DNA of 64,000 nucleotides from Actinomycetota bacterium (GTDB taxonomy: Bacteria; Actinomycetota; Actinomycetes; Streptosporangiales; Streptosporangiaceae): NCBI GenBank assembly GCA_019240215.1, contig JAFAYQ010000065.1, forward strand, positions 30,383 to 94,382, read 5' to 3'. The position numbers and the translations under genes were made by a program. Below are positions 10,555 through 22,248 of this stretch, in pieces; the stretch's first letter is position 1; every line of letters begins with the position of its first letter. A model generated the notes under the pieces. It was given only the letters and a program-made list of their open reading frames with translations, made no database searches and had not been told where the DNA came from.

Positions 10555-10959
10555 TCAGACCCGGCGCCGCTTCGGCGGGCGGCAGCCATTGTGCGGAACC
10601 GGGGTGACGTCCTGAATGGAGCCAACCTCCAGGCCGGTCGCCTGCAGGGACCGGATAGCGGTCTCCCGGCCGGAGCCGGGACCCTTGACGAAAACGTCGA
10701 CCTTGCGCATGCCGTGCTCCATGGCACGGCGTGCGGCGGCTTCGGCGGCCATCTGCGCGGCGAACGGCGTGGACTTACGCGAGCCCTTGAAACCAACCTG
10801 CCCGGAAGAGGCCCATGAGATAACGGCCCCGGCCGGGTCGGTGATGGAAACGATCGTGTTGTTGAACGTGCTCCTGATGTGGGCGTGCCCGTGAGCTACG
10901 TTCTTCCGCTCCTTGCGGCGCACCTTCTTGGCGCCCGCGTTGCGGCTCCTCGGCGGCAT
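10555..10959 (-). CDS. rpsK: 30S ribosomal protein S11
   Basis: 134-aa ORF, ...[18 protein letters not shown]..., canonical S11. Confidence 0.97.
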   Translation of the reverse strand: MPPRSRNAGAKKVRRKERKNVAHGHAHIRSTFNNTIVSITDPAGAVISWASSGQVGFKGSRKSTPFAAQMAAEAAARRAMEHGMRKVDVFVKGPGSGRETAIRSLQATGLEVGSIQDVTPVPHNGCRPPKRRRV

Positions 10960-11017
10960 GTGCTTCTAACTCCTGAGGTGATCGGTCGAGCCGCTGGCGA
11001 GGGCCAGCGGCTGCGGA

Positions 11018-11398
11018 CTACTTCTTACCGGCCTTCTTCTTACCGGCCACGGTCTTCTTCTTGCCCTTGCGGGTGCGGGCGTTGGTCTGCGTCCGCTGAC
11101 CGTGCACGGGCAGTCCCCGGCGGTGCCGGATCCCCTGGTAGCAGCCGATCTCGATCTTGCGCCGGATGTCGCTCTGCACCTCGCGGCGCAGGTCACCCTC
11201 GACGCTGTAGGTCGCGTCGATCCAGTCGCGCAAACGAACCAGATCGTCCTCGCTGAGCTGGTGGACGCGGGTGTCCGGGCTGACCCCGGTCGCCTGCAGC
11301 GTCTCCGCGGCCCTGGTCCGGCCGATGCCATAGATGTACGTGAGTGCGACCTCCATCCGCTTGTCGCGGGGGAGGTCGACGCCAACAAGGCGTGCCAT
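11018..11398 (-). CDS. rpsM: 30S ribosomal protein S13
   Basis: [26 protein letters not shown] starts at ATG 11396-11398. Confidence 0.96.
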   Translation of the reverse strand: MARLVGVDLPRDKRMEVALTYIYGIGRTRAAETLQATGVSPDTRVHQLSEDDLVRLRDWIDATYSVEGDLRREVQSDIRRKIEIGCYQGIRHRRGLPVHGQRTQTNARTRKGKKKTVAGKKKAGKK

Positions 11399-11543
11399 CG
11401 GGCAGTGCTCCTTCATTGTCTGGGAGGTCCTTCGCGCCGCTCCTGACCCTGCCCGAGTCAGCCCCGGCCTCCCCCGGGGGTGGTCCCGGAGCATGAGGCT
11501 CCGGGACTGCAGTGCGCGTTGAGTTGTGTGGCTGGGGCTTACG

Positions 11544-11657
11544 TCAGCCCTGGCGCTGCTTGTGCCGCGGGTCTGAGCAGATGACCATCACCCGGCCGTT
11601 CCGGCGGATGACCCGGCACTTGCTGCAGATCTTCTTGACACTCGGCTTGACCTTCAC
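11544..11657 (-). CDS. rpmJ: 50S ribosomal protein L36 (zinc-ribbon form)
   Basis: Not in the ORF track because it is too short. GTG start at 11655-11657 gives (M)[36 protein letters not shown]. Confidence 0.93.
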   Translation of the reverse strand: MKVKPSVKKICSKCRVIRRNGRVMVICSDPRHKQRQG

Positions 11658-11714
11658 GGTCGCTTCTCCTCTGGGTCCGCTCGGTGAGCGGCCCGGAACG
11701 CTAGGTCGCTCGGC

Positions 11715-11936
11715 TTACTTGTACCGGTAGACAATCCGCCCACGGCTGAGGTCATAGGGACTGAGCTCCACCACGACCCGGTCGTCAGGCAGGATACGGA
11801 TGTAGTGCATCCGCATTTTCCCGCTGATGTGAGCGAGAACCTGGTGCCCGTTGTCCAGCTCCACCTTGAAGAAGGCGTTCGGCAGGGACTCGACCACTGT
11901 GCCCTCGATCTCGATGGCGCCGTCTTTCTTGGGCAT
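11715..11936 (-). CDS. infA: translation initiation factor IF-1
   Basis: [42 protein letters not shown]...; 73 aa from ATG 11934-11936. Confidence 0.96.
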   Translation of the reverse strand: MPKKDGAIEIEGTVVESLPNAFFKVELDNGHQVLAHISGKMRMHYIRILPDDRVVVELSPYDLSRGRIVYRYK

Positions 11937-12189
11937 GTCCTCCGCGTTTCGCTCTCCGGCTCCACCACGCAGTCGCACGCGGCGTTGCTTTACTACTTCT
12001 CCTGAGTGGGCTGCCTGAACGGCGAGATCCGCGTAGACAGGATCGGTACGGCCGAGCAGACGCCTCACAGCACAGATGTGCGAGAAGAGCAGCCCACGGC
12101 CGAACGCGAGTTTACGCGAACGCGGTCTGTTTGGCGAACTGAATCGCCCAGCAGACCGGCCGGGAAGGCGGCCAGGCCCCACCTGGGTT

Positions 12190-12435
12190 CTATAAGCGAT
12201 CCGGGCGCCGATTTATGCCCGCGTCCGGCAGCTGGTAGTGGCGGCGGTCCAGGTGCGGCAGATCGGCCAGCAGCTCGTCCAGCTCGCCCAGGGTACGGGC
12301 ACCCAGGGCGGCGTTCATCCGCTCGGCGAACTCCTCGGCGGTCAGCCGTCCCTCGGCGTGGTGCTCCTGCAGCAGGCCCGCGACCCGGTCCCGGTCCTCG
12401 TCCGAGGCCCGCATGCGGGAAGTGTCTGACGGCAT
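12190..12435 (-). CDS. DUF1707 domain-containing small protein
   Basis: [37 protein letters not shown] is the typical DUF1707 signature. The start is either 12435 or the internal Met at 12414. Confidence 0.7.
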   Translation of the reverse strand: MPSDTSRMRASDEDRDRVAGLLQEHHAEGRLTAEEFAERMNAALGARTLGELDELLADLPHLDRRHYQLPDAGINRRPDRL

Positions 12436-12446
12436 CGGAACTGGCC

Positions 12447-13286
12447 TCAGCTGACGTGGGCGGCGACGGCCCGGCCGAGGGCGGCCTGCCCGATGGCCGC
12501 GAACCCGGCCTCGCCGCCGTCCTCGGCGGTGGTCACCCAGGGGCCGTCGGCGGTGATGGCGGCGGTGTGCTCGAAGTGGGCCGCGTAGCTGCCGTCCACG
12601 CTGACCACGGTCCAGTCGTCCTCGAGGACGGCGGTCTCGGGCTCGCCGAGCACGATCATCGGCTCGACCGCCAGCGCCATCCCCTCCCGCAGCCGGGGCC
12701 CGCGGCCGGGGCGCCCGTAGTTCGGCACCGGCGGGTCCATGTGCATGGCGCTGCCGATGCCGTGCCCCACGTACTCCTCGATGATCCCGTAGGGGCCGGC
12801 CGCGCGGACCGAGGCCTCGACCGCGTGCGAGACGTCGGTCAGCCGGTTACCCGCCCGCACCTGGGCCAGGCCGTGCCAGAGGGCGGTCTCGCACACCTGC
12901 AGCAGCCGGGTCAGCTCGGGGCTGATCTCGCCCACGCCGACGGTGATGGCGGCGTCGCCGTGCCAGCCATCCACGATCGCGCCGCAGTCGATCGAGATGA
13001 TGTCACCATCAGTCAGTGTCGTTTCCGGGCTGGGGATGCCGTGCACGATGACCTCGTTGGGCGAGGTGCAGATGACGGCCGGGTAGCCGTGGTAGTTCAG
13101 GAACGACGGGGTCGCGCCCGCGCCGGAGATCTCCCGGCGGGCCAGCTCGTCGAGGTCGGCGGTGCTGATCCCGGGCTTGACCGCCTCCCGCAGCACCCGC
13201 AGCGTACGCGCCACCACCAGGCCGGCCCGGCGCATGGCCTCGATCTGCTCGGGGGTCTTGATCTCGATCTCTGACTTGGCTCTCAT
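12447..13286 (-). CDS. map: type I methionyl aminopeptidase
   Basis: 279-aa ORF with metal-ligand context (DGDIISIDCG, HGIG, EPM, FEHT). Confidence 0.94.
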   Translation of the reverse strand: MRAKSEIEIKTPEQIEAMRRAGLVVARTLRVLREAVKPGISTADLDELARREISGAGATPSFLNYHGYPAVICTSPNEVIVHGIPSPETTLTDGDIISIDCGAIVDGWHGDAAITVGVGEISPELTRLLQVCETALWHGLAQVRAGNRLTDVSHAVEASVRAAGPYGIIEEYVGHGIGSAMHMDPPVPNYGRPGRGPRLREGMALAVEPMIVLGEPETAVLEDDWTVVSVDGSYAAHFEHTAAITADGPWVTTAEDGGEAGFAAIGQAALGRAVAAHVS

Positions 13287-13313
13287 GCTGTGCCGACTTT
13301 CATTTGGCCCTCC

Positions 13314-13967
13314 TCAGCGGGCAAACGGCCGCAGCGCGGCCAGCGCGCGCTCGGTGACCTCCTCGACCGGACCGGTCGCGTCGATACCGATCAGGATGCC
13401 CTCGTCGGCGTAGTAGGAGACCAGCGGGGCGGTCTGCTTCTTGTAGACCTCGAGGCGGTGCCGGACGGTCTCCTCGCGGTCATCGTCCCGCTGAAAGAGT
13501 TCGCCCCCGCAGGCGTCGCAGATGCCCTCCCGGGTGGGCGGGTCGAACATGATGTGCCAGACGTGCTCGCAGCGGCGGCAGGTCCGGCGGCCGGACAGCC
13601 GCCGCACCACCTCGTCCTCGTCGACCACCAGCTCGAGCACCACGGTCAGCCGCTGGTCCCAGTCCATCAGCTGCTTCTTGAGCGTCTCGGCCTGCGGGAC
13701 GTTGCGCGGGAACCCGTCGAGCAGGAACCCGTCCTGGGCATCCTCCTCGCCCAGCCGGTCCCGCACCATGGCGATCGTGACCTCGTCGGGCACCAGGTCG
13801 CCGCGGTCCATGTACTCCTTGGCCTGGCGGCCCAGCGGCGTCCCCTGGCTGACGTTGTACCGGAAGATGTCACCGGTCGATATCTTCGGGATCGCCAGGT
13901 GGGAGGCTATGAACTGGGCCTGTGTCCCCTTGCCCGCTCCGGGGGGCCCGACGAGGACGATGCGCAC
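13314..13967 (-). CDS. adk: adenylate kinase
   Basis: [18 protein letters not shown]-loop and a Cys-containing LID (CRRCEHV...CDACGG). Confidence 0.96.
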   Translation of the reverse strand: MRIVLVGPPGAGKGTQAQFIASHLAIPKISTGDIFRYNVSQGTPLGRQAKEYMDRGDLVPDEVTIAMVRDRLGEEDAQDGFLLDGFPRNVPQAETLKKQLMDWDQRLTVVLELVVDEDEVVRRLSGRRTCRRCEHVWHIMFDPPTREGICDACGGELFQRDDDREETVRHRLEVYKKQTAPLVSYYADEGILIGIDATGPVEEVTERALAALRPFAR

Positions 13968-15280
13968 TATCGGAGGAAACCCTCGTAGTTGCGCTGCTGC
14001 AACTGGCTCTCGATCTGCTTCACCGTGTCCAGGCCGACACCCACCATGATCAGCAGGCTGGTGCCGCCGAACGGAATCTGGTTGGACACACCCATCAGCG
14101 AGAACGCCACCGCCGGGATCAGGCCGATGACCGCCAGGTACAGCGACCCCGGAGCGGTGAGTCGCGTGAGTACGTAGTTCAGGTACTCGGCGGTGGGCCG
14201 GCCCGGCCGGATGCCGGGGATGAAGCCGCCGTACTTCTTCATGTTGTCGGCGACTTCGGTCGGGTTGAACGTGATCGACACGTAGAAGTAGGTGAAGCCG
14301 ACGATCAATACGAAGAACAGCGCCAGGTAGAGCGAGGAACTACTGGACGCGAAGTAACGGTCGACCCAGGCCACCCAGCCCTGCGGATTGCTGGAGTTCC
14401 CGAACAGCGACGCCGCCAGCTGCGGGATGTACAGCAGCGAGGAGGCGAAGATGACGGGGATGACGCCGGCCTGGTTGACCTTGAGCGGGATGTAGGTGGA
14501 GGTGCCGCCGTACATGCGGCGGCCGACCATGCGTTTGGCGTACTGCACCGGGACCCGGCGCTGAGCCTGCTCCATGAACACCACGAAGGCCACGATCGCG
14601 ATCAGCACGACGACGGTGATCGCGGTGATGAAGCTCTTCTTGGTGCGGAAGATCTCCAGCAGGCCGCCGGGGATGACGGCGATGACCTGGGTGAAGATCA
14701 GGATCGACATGCCGTTGCCGACGCCGCGGTCGGTGATCAGCTCGCCCATCCACATGATGACCGCGGTGCCGGACACCATCGTGATCACCATCGTCACGAT
14801 CGTGAAGACCGACGAGTTCGGGATCAGCGACTGGGTGCACTGCGGGTAGAGCTTGCCCGAGCGGGCCAGCTCGACGTAACCGGTGGACTGGAGCACGCCC
14901 AGCCCGATGGTCAGGTACCGGGTGTACTGGGTGATCTTGGCCTGACCGGCCTGGCCCTCCTGCTTCAGCTGCTCCAGCCGGGGAATGACCACGGTGAGCA
15001 GCTGGAGGATGATGCTGGCGGTGATGTAGGGCATGATGCCCAGCGCGAACACCGACATCCGCAGCAGCGCGTTGCCGCTGAGCAGGTTGACGAGCTGGTA
15101 GACGCCCTGGGCCTGGCCGCTGCTGGACTCCACGCCGGCGCAGTAGGTGATCGCCTTCTCCGAGATACCCGGAGTGGGCACCGCCGCCCCGAACCGGAAC
15201 AGCGCGATGATCCCGAGCGTGAAGAGCAGCTTTTTGCGCAGGTCTGGCGTCCGGAAAGCCCGGAGGAACGCGGTCAGCAT
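13967..15280 (-). CDS. secY: preprotein translocase subunit SecY
   Basis: Multi-TM protein, [26 protein letters not shown] 15278-15280 is preceded by GAGGA at 6-nt spacing; the track start is a TTG at 15286. Confidence 0.96.
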   Translation of the reverse strand: MLTAFLRAFRTPDLRKKLLFTLGIIALFRFGAAVPTPGISEKAITYCAGVESSSGQAQGVYQLVNLLSGNALLRMSVFALGIMPYITASIILQLLTVVIPRLEQLKQEGQAGQAKITQYTRYLTIGLGVLQSTGYVELARSGKLYPQCTQSLIPNSSVFTIVTMVITMVSGTAVIMWMGELITDRGVGNGMSILIFTQVIAVIPGGLLEIFRTKKSFITAITVVVLIAIVAFVVFMEQAQRRVPVQYAKRMVGRRMYGGTSTYIPLKVNQAGVIPVIFASSLLYIPQLAASLFGNSSNPQGWVAWVDRYFASSSSSLYLALFFVLIVGFTYFYVSITFNPTEVADNMKKYGGFIPGIRPGRPTAEYLNYVLTRLTAPGSLYLAVIGLIPAVAFSLMGVSNQIPFGGTSLLIMVGVGLDTVKQIESQLQQRNYEGFLR

Positions 15281-15431
15281 GCGCAATCCTCGACTCTGTA
15301 AATCGGTGTCACCCAGCCGTGCGGCTTACGAATCCTACCCGGCAGTTCTGGCATTGTCTTCTCCAGAAGACCGGAGCGCCCGCCACCGGGCGGGCGCTCC
15401 GAACTTACTTTGGCAACGGTGGACGGGCGCT

Positions 15432-15980
15432 CTACAGTTCCGTGACGGACCCGCCTGCGCCGGTGATCCGCTCCCGGGCCGAGGCGGAGAACGCGTGCGC
15501 GCTCACCCGCAGCGCGACCGACAGGTCACCGTCGGCCAGCACCTTGACCCGCTCACCCTTGCGGATGGCGCCCCTGGTCACCAGGTCCTCGGGGGTCACG
15601 TCGCCGCCCGAGGGGTACAGCTCGGCCAGCCGCCCGGTGTTGACCACCTGGTAGCTGATGCCGTTGGGGTTGGAGAAGCCCTTGAGCTTCGGCAGGCGCC
15701 GGTTCAGCGGCATCTGCCCGCCCTCGAACCCGGGGCGCATGGTGGTGCGGGCGTGGGTGCCCTTGGTCCCGCGGCCCGCGGTCTTGCCCTTGGAGGCCTC
15801 ACCGCGGCCGACCCGGGTCTTCGCGGTCTTCGCGCCCGGGGCGGGCCGGAGGTGGTGCAGCTTCAGGCCGCGACCCTCCGCGGCCGGCGCCTCCGTGCTG
15901 TCGGCAGTGCCAGCCGGCGCGGCCGCGCTGTTGTTCGCTTTGCTGTCAGCCTTGTTGACAGGCTTCTTGGCTGGTGGCAT
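15432..15980 (-). CDS. rplO: 50S ribosomal protein L15 (with ~38-aa Ala/Lys-rich N-terminal extension)
   Basis: The canonical core starts at [25 protein letters not shown] 15978-15980 lies 1 nt after the rpmD stop, with GGAGG upstream. Confidence 0.9.
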   Translation of the reverse strand: MPPAKKPVNKADSKANNSAAAPAGTADSTEAPAAEGRGLKLHHLRPAPGAKTAKTRVGRGEASKGKTAGRGTKGTHARTTMRPGFEGGQMPLNRRLPKLKGFSNPNGISYQVVNTGRLAELYPSGGDVTPEDLVTRGAIRKGERVKVLADGDLSVALRVSAHAFSASARERITGAGGSVTEL

Positions 15981-15981
15981 C

Positions 15982-16164
15982 TCAGTCCACCTCCTCCACA
16001 ACTACGAGGTGGCGCACGGCCTGGATCATGCCGCGGAACTCGGGCCGGTCCGGCTTGACCACCGTCTGCCCGATCCGCTTGAGACCCAGCGAGCGCAGCG
16101 AGTCGCGCTGCGGCCGGGTGCCGCCGATGTCTGACTTGATCTGGGTGACCTTCAACTCTGCCAT
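15982..16164 (-). CDS. rpmD: 50S ribosomal protein L30
   Basis: 60-aa [31 protein letters not shown]. Confidence 0.95.
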   Translation of the reverse strand: MAELKVTQIKSDIGGTRPQRDSLRSLGLKRIGQTVVKPDRPEFRGMIQAVRHLVVVEEVD

Positions 16165-16179
16165 GGTGATGTGTCCCGC

Positions 16180-16776
16180 CTAGCTGGCCGCGCCCGCGCG
16201 GGCCCGGAGCATCGCCGCCGGGGCGACGTCCTCGATGGGCAGGCCGCGCTTGGCCGCGATCTCTTCTGGCCGGCTCAGGCCCTTCAGCGCCGCCACCGTC
16301 GCGTGCACGACGTTGATCGGGTTGGAGGAGCCGAGCGAACGGGAGAGCACGTCGTGAATGCCCGCGCACTCCAGCACCGCCCGCACCGGGCCGCCGGCGA
16401 TGACACCGGTACCGGGGCTGGCCGGCTTGAGCAGCACGACCCCGGCCGCGTCCTCACCCTGCACCGTGTGCGGGATCGTGCCGGCGATGCGAGGCACCCG
16501 GAAGAAGTGCTTCTTGGCCTCCTCGACACCCTTGGCGATCGCCGCGGGCACCTCCTTGGCCTTGCCGTAACCGACGCCCACCATGCCGTTGGCGTCGCCC
16601 ACCACGACCAGCGCGGTGAAGCTGAACCGGCGGCCACCCTTGACCACCTTGGCCACCCGGTTGATGGTGACCACACGCTCGAGGTAGGCCGGTGCCTTGT
16701 CGGCCCCACCCCGGCCGCGATCGTCGCGACGGTCCCGCCGCTCGCCGCCGGAACCGCGCCGCGGAGCTCCTGGCAT
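16180..16776 (-). CDS. rpsE: 30S ribosomal protein S5
   Basis: 198-aa ORF with an RG-rich N-terminus followed by [20 protein letters not shown]. Confidence 0.96.
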   Translation of the reverse strand: MPGAPRRGSGGERRDRRDDRGRGGADKAPAYLERVVTINRVAKVVKGGRRFSFTALVVVGDANGMVGVGYGKAKEVPAAIAKGVEEAKKHFFRVPRIAGTIPHTVQGEDAAGVVLLKPASPGTGVIAGGPVRAVLECAGIHDVLSRSLGSSNPINVVHATVAALKGLSRPEEIAAKRGLPIEDVAPAAMLRARAGAAS

Positions 16777-16816
16777 TAGTTCGTCCTCATCTCAGGTATT
16801 GCCTTCACACTGGTCA

Positions 16817-17215
16817 TCAGAAATCCAGCCCGCCTTCACGGGCGCCCGCGGCCAGCTCCGCCAGCCGTCCGTGGTAGGCGTAGCCGCCGCGGTCGAAGAC
16901 CACGGTGCTGATGCCTGCCTCGGTCGCCTTGCGGGCCAGCAGGGCGCCGACCTGGCGCGCCTTGGCCTTCTTGTCGCCGTCCGCCGCGCGAATGTCCGCG
17001 TCCAGGGTCGAGGCCGCCGCCAGGGTCTGGCCCTTGGTGTCGTCCACGATCTGCGCGAACATGTGCCGCGAAGAACGGTTCACGACCAGCCGGGGGCGCT
17101 GGGGGCTGCCGGTGACCTTCTTGCGCACCCGCAGGTGCCGCTTGGCCTGCGCCGCGGCCCGGGCGCTCTGGTGCCGCCCGCTGCGCGCACGCGACCTGGT
17201 CTTCGTGCTCGCCAT
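16817..17215 (-). CDS. rplR: 50S ribosomal protein L18
   Basis: 132-aa ORF ending ...[28 protein letters not shown]. Confidence 0.95.
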   Translation of the reverse strand: MASTKTRSRARSGRHQSARAAAQAKRHLRVRKKVTGSPQRPRLVVNRSSRHMFAQIVDDTKGQTLAAASTLDADIRAADGDKKAKARQVGALLARKATEAGISTVVFDRGGYAYHGRLAELAAGAREGGLDF

Positions 17216-17217
17216 CG

Positions 17218-17754
17218 CTACTTCCCAGCCTTCCCGACCTTGCGGCGAACCTGCTCGCCCTGGTAACGCACGCCCTTGCCCTTGTAGGGGTCGGGCTTGC
17301 GCAGCTTGTGAATCTTGGCCGCGACTTCGCCGACCTGCTGCTTGTCGATGCCCTCGACCACGAACCGGGTCGGCGCCTCGACGCGGAAGCTGATGCCCTC
17401 GGGCGGGATCACCGTGATCGGGTGGCTGTAGCCGAGGGAGAACTCGAGGTTCTGCCCGCGCGCCTGCACGCGGTAACCGACCCCGACGATCTCCAGGGTC
17501 TTGCGGTAGCCGTCGGTCACCCCGGTCACCATGTTGGCGATCAGGGTCCGGGACAGACCGTGCAGCGCCCGGTTCTTGCCCTCGTCGTTCGGCCGGGCCA
17601 CCTTGACTTCGCCGTCCTCGCGGGCGACGGTCAGCGGCTCCGGCACCGTGTAGCTGAGCGACCCCTTGGGTCCCTTGACCGACACCAGCTGGCCGTCAAT
17701 GGCCACGTCGACGCCGTTGGGCACCGTGATGGGAAGCCGTCCAATTCTTGACAT
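17218..17754 (-). CDS. rplF: 50S ribosomal protein L6
   Basis: [21 protein letters not shown] from ATG 17752-17754. The rest of the 386-aa track ORF is an upstream read-through frame. Confidence 0.96.
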   Translation of the reverse strand: MSRIGRLPITVPNGVDVAIDGQLVSVKGPKGSLSYTVPEPLTVAREDGEVKVARPNDEGKNRALHGLSRTLIANMVTGVTDGYRKTLEIVGVGYRVQARGQNLEFSLGYSHPITVIPPEGISFRVEAPTRFVVEGIDKQQVGEVAAKIHKLRKPDPYKGKGVRYQGEQVRRKVGKAGK

Positions 17755-17765
17755 TGCCGCCTCCC

Positions 17766-18164
17766 CTACCAGACGTAGGCGAGGACTTCGCCGCCCACGC
17801 CGCGCTTGTTGGCCTGCTTGTCGGTCAGCAGCCCGCCGGACGTCGAAATGATCGCGACGCCCAGGCCGCCCAGGACCTTGGGCAGGTTGTCCTTCTTCGC
17901 GTACACCCGCAGGCCCGGCTTGGAGACGCGCTTGATGCCCGCGATCGAGCGCTCGCGCGAGTTGCCGTACTTGAGGTTGACCACGAGCTTCCTGCCCACC
18001 TCGGCGTCTTCGACGCTCCAGCCGGCGATGTAGCCCTCCTGCTGGAGGATCTCGGCGATGTGGGACTTGATCTTCGAGTACGGCATCGCCGCGGTGTCGT
18101 GGTACGCGGAGTTCGCGTTGCGCAGACGGGTGAGCATGTCTGCGATCGGGTCGGTCATCGTCAT
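17766..18164 (-). CDS. rpsH: 30S ribosomal protein S8
   Basis: [17 protein letters not shown]..., 132 aa. Confidence 0.96.
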   Translation of the reverse strand: MTMTDPIADMLTRLRNANSAYHDTAAMPYSKIKSHIAEILQQEGYIAGWSVEDAEVGRKLVVNLKYGNSRERSIAGIKRVSKPGLRVYAKKDNLPKVLGGLGVAIISTSGGLLTDKQANKRGVGGEVLAYVW

Positions 18165-18269
18165 GGCCTGGTGGCCCTCCTCGCCGTGGTTTCCTGCGGA
18201 CCTGCGGCGTGGTCGGTGGGCGCCAGGGGCGCCCAGGGTCGGTCTTGGAGAATTGTGCCCGGCTGGTGC

Positions 18270-18455
18270 TTACCAGCTGGACTTGGTGATGCCCGGCAGC
18301 TCGCCCTTGTGCGCCATGGAGCGGAAGCACACGCGGCAGAGGCCGAACTTGCGGTAAACGGCGCGTGGCCGCCCGCAACGGGTGCAGCGGGTGTAGCCGC
18401 GCACAGCGAACTTCGGCTTGCGGTTCGCCTTGACGATCAGCGCTGTCTTCGCCAC
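18270..18455 (-). CDS. rpsN: 30S ribosomal protein S14 type Z (zinc-binding)
   Basis: 61 aa with CTRCGRP...CRVCFR motifs. Confidence 0.95.
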   Translation of the reverse strand: MAKTALIVKANRKPKFAVRGYTRCTRCGRPRAVYRKFGLCRVCFRSMAHKGELPGITKSSW

Positions 18456-18457
18456 TG

Positions 18458-19027
18458 TCAGCCCTCCCTGAAGGGGAAACCGAGGCGCCGCAGCAGCGAG
18501 CGGCCTTCCTCGTCGTTGGTTGCGGTCGTCACGAACGTGATGTCCATGCCCCGCGGCCGGTCGACCCGGTCCGGGTCGATCTCGCGGAACATGGTCTGCT
18601 CGTTGAGACCGAACGTGTAGTTGCCGTGGCCGTCGAACTGACGGGGCGACAGCCCGCGGAAGTCACGGATCCGGGGCAGCGCGACCGTCAGCAGGCGGTC
18701 GGCGAACTCCCACATCCGGGCCCCGCGCAGCGTCACGTGGGCGCCGATCGGCATGCCCTCGCGCAGCTTGAACTGGGCGATGGACTTCTTCGCCCGGGCC
18801 ACGGCCGGCTTCTGGCCGGTGATGAGGGACAGGTCCCGCACCGCGCCCTCGATCAGCTTGGCGTCGCGAGCCGCCTCACCCACGCCCATGTTGACCACGA
18901 TCTTGGTCAGACCGGGGATCTGCATCACGTTGGCGTAGCTGAACTCGTCGCGAAGAGCGGGAGCGACCTCGCTCTGGTAGCGCTCCTTGAGGCGCGGCGC
19001 AGGCGGCGCTTCAGTCGTCGCTGTCAT
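18458..19027 (-). CDS. rplE: 50S ribosomal protein L5
   Basis: 189-aa ORF, ...[11 protein letters not shown]...[20 protein letters not shown]. Confidence 0.96.
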   Translation of the reverse strand: MTATTEAPPAPRLKERYQSEVAPALRDEFSYANVMQIPGLTKIVVNMGVGEAARDAKLIEGAVRDLSLITGQKPAVARAKKSIAQFKLREGMPIGAHVTLRGARMWEFADRLLTVALPRIRDFRGLSPRQFDGHGNYTFGLNEQTMFREIDPDRVDRPRGMDITFVTTATNDEEGRSLLRRLGFPFREG

Positions 19028-19344
19028 CAGATGTCCTTACCGCTTGACCGGGAGACCCGGACCTTCTTGCCGTCGTCGCCGGCCCGGTAGCCGACCCGCG
19101 ACGGCTTCTTGCTGTCGGGGTCGACGACCTGCACGTTGCTCACGTGGATCGGCGCTTCGGTGTGGACGATGCCGCCCTCTTTGTTACCGCGCATGCCCTG
19201 GGTGACCTTGGTGTTCTTCTTCACCATGTTCACGCCCTGGACCAGCACGCGGTCCCGCTCGGGGTAGGCGGCGATGACCGTGCCCTCGCGGCCGCGGTCC
19301 TTGCCCGCCACCACGATCACGTGGTCGCCCTTCTTGATCTTCAT
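19027..19344 (-). CDS. rplX: 50S ribosomal protein L24
   Basis: [18 protein letters not shown]. The ATG shares one nt with the rplN stop. Confidence 0.95.
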   Translation of the reverse strand: MKIKKGDHVIVVAGKDRGREGTVIAAYPERDRVLVQGVNMVKKNTKVTQGMRGNKEGGIVHTEAPIHVSNVQVVDPDSKKPSRVGYRAGDDGKKVRVSRSSGKDI

Positions 19345-19712
19345 CACAGCACCTCCGGCGCGAGCGAGATGATCCGCATGAACCGCTTGTCACGCAGCTC
19401 GCGACCGACCGGGCCGAAGATACGGGTGCCGCGGGGATCCCCGCCGTCCCGGATCAGTACGGCCGCGTTCTCGTCGAAGCGGATATAGGAGCCGTCACCA
19501 CGGCGGCGCTCCTTACGAGTGCGCACGACGACGGCCTTGACCACATCGCCCTTCTTAACGCCGGCACCGGGAAGCGCGTCCTTCACGGTAGCCACGATGA
19601 CGTCGCCGATGCCCGCGTATCGCCGGCCAGACCCGCCGAGCACACGGATGCACAAGATCTCCTTGGCTCCCGTGTTGTCGGCGACCTTGAGCCGCGACTC
19701 CTGCTGGATCAC
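19344..19712 (-). CDS. rplN: 50S ribosomal protein L14
   Basis: [28 protein letters not shown], 122 aa. Confidence 0.97.
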   Translation of the reverse strand: MIQQESRLKVADNTGAKEILCIRVLGGSGRRYAGIGDVIVATVKDALPGAGVKKGDVVKAVVVRTRKERRRGDGSYIRFDENAAVLIRDGGDPRGTRIFGPVGRELRDKRFMRIISLAPEVL

Positions 19713-19763
19713 GTCAACTCCTGCTTCCTCACGCCGGGCATCGTGGCCGGCGACTTTTCCTGC

Positions 19764-20054
19764 TTACTTGGCCTTCTCGAGGATCTCGGCCACCCGCCAC
19801 CGCTTGGTGGCGGAGGACGGCCGGGTCTCGGCGAGCAGCACGCGGTCACCAACGCCACAGGCGTTGTTCTCGTCGTGTGCCTTGTACTTCTTGGTACGGC
19901 GGATGACCTTGCCGTACTTGGGGTGCTTCACGCGGTCCTCGACCTCGACGACCACCGTCTTGTCCATCTTGTCGCTGGTCACGAGGCCCTCGCGCGACTT
20001 GCGGTAACCGCGCGCCGCTTCCCGGCTGGCAGCGGTCCCGGTGTTCTCACTCAC
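19764..20054 (-). CDS. rpsQ: 30S ribosomal protein S17
   Basis: 96 aa, ...[27 protein letters not shown]. Confidence 0.95.
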   Translation of the reverse strand: MSENTGTAASREAARGYRKSREGLVTSDKMDKTVVVEVEDRVKHPKYGKVIRRTKKYKAHDENNACGVGDRVLLAETRPSSATKRWRVAEILEKAK

Positions 20055-20301
20055 TGGCTTCCGCTCCCTCGTTCTCGTCGGAAAGCTCCACGATGATGCC
20101 GAGCTCGCGCTCCCGCATCACGGTGTAGATACGTGCGATCTCCTTGCGGACCGCGCGCAGCCGTCCGTGGTTCTCCAGCTGGCCGGTGGCACCCTGGAAG
20201 CGCAGGTTGAACAGCTCTTCCTTGGCCTCGGCCAGCTTGCTGCCCAGCTCCTCCTCGGTGGAGGTCCGCAGCTCATTGGCGGTCAGGCTACTGGCCATCA
20301 C
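20047..20301 (-). CDS. rpmC: 50S ribosomal protein L29 (acidic C-terminal tail)
   Basis: ...[27 protein letters not shown]. The start, GTG 20301 or ATG 20298, overlaps the rplP stop. Confidence 0.93.
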   Translation of the reverse strand: MMASSLTANELRTSTEEELGSKLAEAKEELFNLRFQGATGQLENHGRLRAVRKEIARIYTVMRERELGIIVELSDENEGAEASE

Positions 20302-20717
20302 CCTTCACCGCCCTCTCGCGTGACGACACGGCACTTCATTGGGAGCTTGTGGATCGCCCGGCGAAGTGCTTCCTTGGCGACCGGCTCGGACACCCCGGAC
20401 AGCTCGAACATGACCCGGCCGGGCTTGACGTTGGCCACCCACCACTCGGGCGAACCCTTACCGGAACCCATCCGGGTCTCAGCCGGCTTCTTGGTCAGCG
20501 GCCGGTCCGGGAAGATGTTGATCCAGACCTTGCCGCCACGGCGGATGTGCCGCGTCATGGCGATACGAGCGGCCTCGATCTGCCGGTTGGTCACGTACGA
20601 GTGCTCGAGCGCCTGGATGCCGAACTCACCGAAGGTCACCGCGGTGCCGCCCTTGGCCTTGCCGTGGCGGTCAGGCCGGTGCTGCTTCCGGTGCTTGACT
20701 CTGCGTGGAACGAGCAT
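20298..20717 (-). CDS. rplP: 50S ribosomal protein L16
   Basis: [15 protein letters not shown]..., 139 aa. Confidence 0.97.
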   Translation of the reverse strand: MLVPRRVKHRKQHRPDRHGKAKGGTAVTFGEFGIQALEHSYVTNRQIEAARIAMTRHIRRGGKVWINIFPDRPLTKKPAETRMGSGKGSPEWWVANVKPGRVMFELSGVSEPVAKEALRRAIHKLPMKCRVVTREGGEG

Positions 20718-20720
20718 GTC

Positions 20721-21572
20721 CTAGCCCTCCGCTCCGCTCGCACCCGCCGGTGCCTCAGCCGGCACAGCTGCCGCCGCGGCCGACGGCGCGCTGCCGCGGT
20801 CCTGGCCGCGGTCACCACGGTCGCCGCCGCGGTCGCGACGCTCGCCGCCCCGCTCCGGACGCCGGCGCTGGGCCGGGCCACCGGGCCGGTCGCGACGCGG
20901 GCCACCGGCCCGCGCGGCCGCGGCCGCCGCCTCACGGGCGGCCCGGGTGGCAGGCGCCTCGCCCTTGTAGATCCAGACCTTCACGCCGATCCGGCCGAAG
21001 GTCGTGCGGGCCTCGTAGAAGCCGTAGTCGATGTCCGCACGCAGCGTGTGCAGCGGCACCCGCCCCTCGCGGTAGAACTCCGAGCGCGACATCTCGGCGC
21101 CGCCCAGGCGGCCGCCGCACTGGATGCGGATGCCCTTGGCGCCGCCCTTCATGGCGCTCTGCATCGCCTTGCGCATGGCCCGCCGGAACGAAACCCGGCT
21201 GGACAGCTGCTCGGCGACGCCCTGGGCGACCAGCTGAGCGTCGATCTCGGGGTTCTTGACCTCGAGGATGTTCAGCTGGATCTGCTTACCGGTCAGCTTC
21301 TCGAGGTCGGTCCGGATGCGGTCCGCCTCGGCGCCGCGGCGCCCGATGACGATGCCCGGCCGGGCGGTGTGGATGTCCACCCGCACGCGGTCCCGGGTCC
21401 GCTCGATCACGACCTTGGAGATACCGGCCCGCTCCATGCCGCGCTGCAGCATGCGGCGGATCGCGATGTCTTCCTTGACGTAGTCCTTGTACAGCTTGCT
21501 GGCGTACCAGACGCTGTTGAAGTCGGTGGTGATACCGAGCCGGAACCCATGCGGGTTCACTTTCTGTCCCAT
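20721..21572 (-). CDS. rpsC: 30S ribosomal protein S3 (RG-rich C-terminal tail)
   Basis: [18 protein letters not shown]..., 283 aa. Confidence 0.97.
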   Translation of the reverse strand: MGQKVNPHGFRLGITTDFNSVWYASKLYKDYVKEDIAIRRMLQRGMERAGISKVVIERTRDRVRVDIHTARPGIVIGRRGAEADRIRTDLEKLTGKQIQLNILEVKNPEIDAQLVAQGVAEQLSSRVSFRRAMRKAMQSAMKGGAKGIRIQCGGRLGGAEMSRSEFYREGRVPLHTLRADIDYGFYEARTTFGRIGVKVWIYKGEAPATRAAREAAAAAARAGGPRRDRPGGPAQRRRPERGGERRDRGGDRGDRGQDRGSAPSAAAAAVPAEAPAGASGAEG

Positions 21573-21925
21573 TAGCGGGTCCCTCCTTCGGTGCCGTCCG
21601 AAACGATCACAGTGATGTGGCTGGTGCGCTTGTTGACCCGGTAGGCACGCCCCTGGGCCCGCGGCCGGAACCGCTTGAGCATCGGCCCCTCGTCGACCCA
21701 GGCCCGGCTCACCACCAGCGCACCACGGTCGGACCGCCGGTCGTTGCCGCCGGCGTTGGCGATCGCGCTCGCGAGCACCTTGCCGACCGGGCCACTGGCG
21801 GACTGCGGCGCGAAGGCAAGCACCGCCTGTGCCTCGTCGGCGGGCATTCCGCGGATAAGGTCCACCACGCGGCGGGCCTTGCGCGGCGTGACGCGCACGT
21901 AGCGCGCCTTTGCCCTCGCTTCCAT
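21572..21925 (-). CDS. rplV: 50S ribosomal protein L22
   Basis: [26 protein letters not shown], 117 aa. Confidence 0.96.
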   Translation of the reverse strand: MEARAKARYVRVTPRKARRVVDLIRGMPADEAQAVLAFAPQSASGPVGKVLASAIANAGGNDRRSDRGALVVSRAWVDEGPMLKRFRPRAQGRAYRVNKRTSHITVIVSDGTEGGTR

Positions 21926-21957
21926 CAGTTTCTCCGTCTCTCTGCCGTCAACTGGAT

Positions 21958-22236
21958 CTAGCGCCGGGAGCGCCGATCGTCCTTCACGTGGCTGCGGAAC
22001 GTCCGCGTGGGCGCGAACTCCCCGAGCTTGTGGCCGACCATCGACTCGGTGATGAACACCGGGATGTGCTTACGGCCATCGTGGACGGCGATCGTGTGGC
22101 CCAGCATCGCCGGGATGATCATCGAGCGCCGGGACCACGTCCGGATGACGTTCTTGCTGCCCTTCTCGTTCTGCGCGTCCACCTTCTTGAGCAGGTGGTC
22201 GTCGACGAAAGGGCCCTTCTTAAGGCTACGAGGCAT
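21958..22236 (-). CDS. rpsS: 30S ribosomal protein S19
   Basis: [19 protein letters not shown], 92 aa. Confidence 0.97.
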   Translation of the reverse strand: MPRSLKKGPFVDDHLLKKVDAQNEKGSKNVIRTWSRRSMIIPAMLGHTIAVHDGRKHIPVFITESMVGHKLGEFAPTRTFRSHVKDDRRSRR

Positions 22237-22248
22237 TGGGAACTGCTC

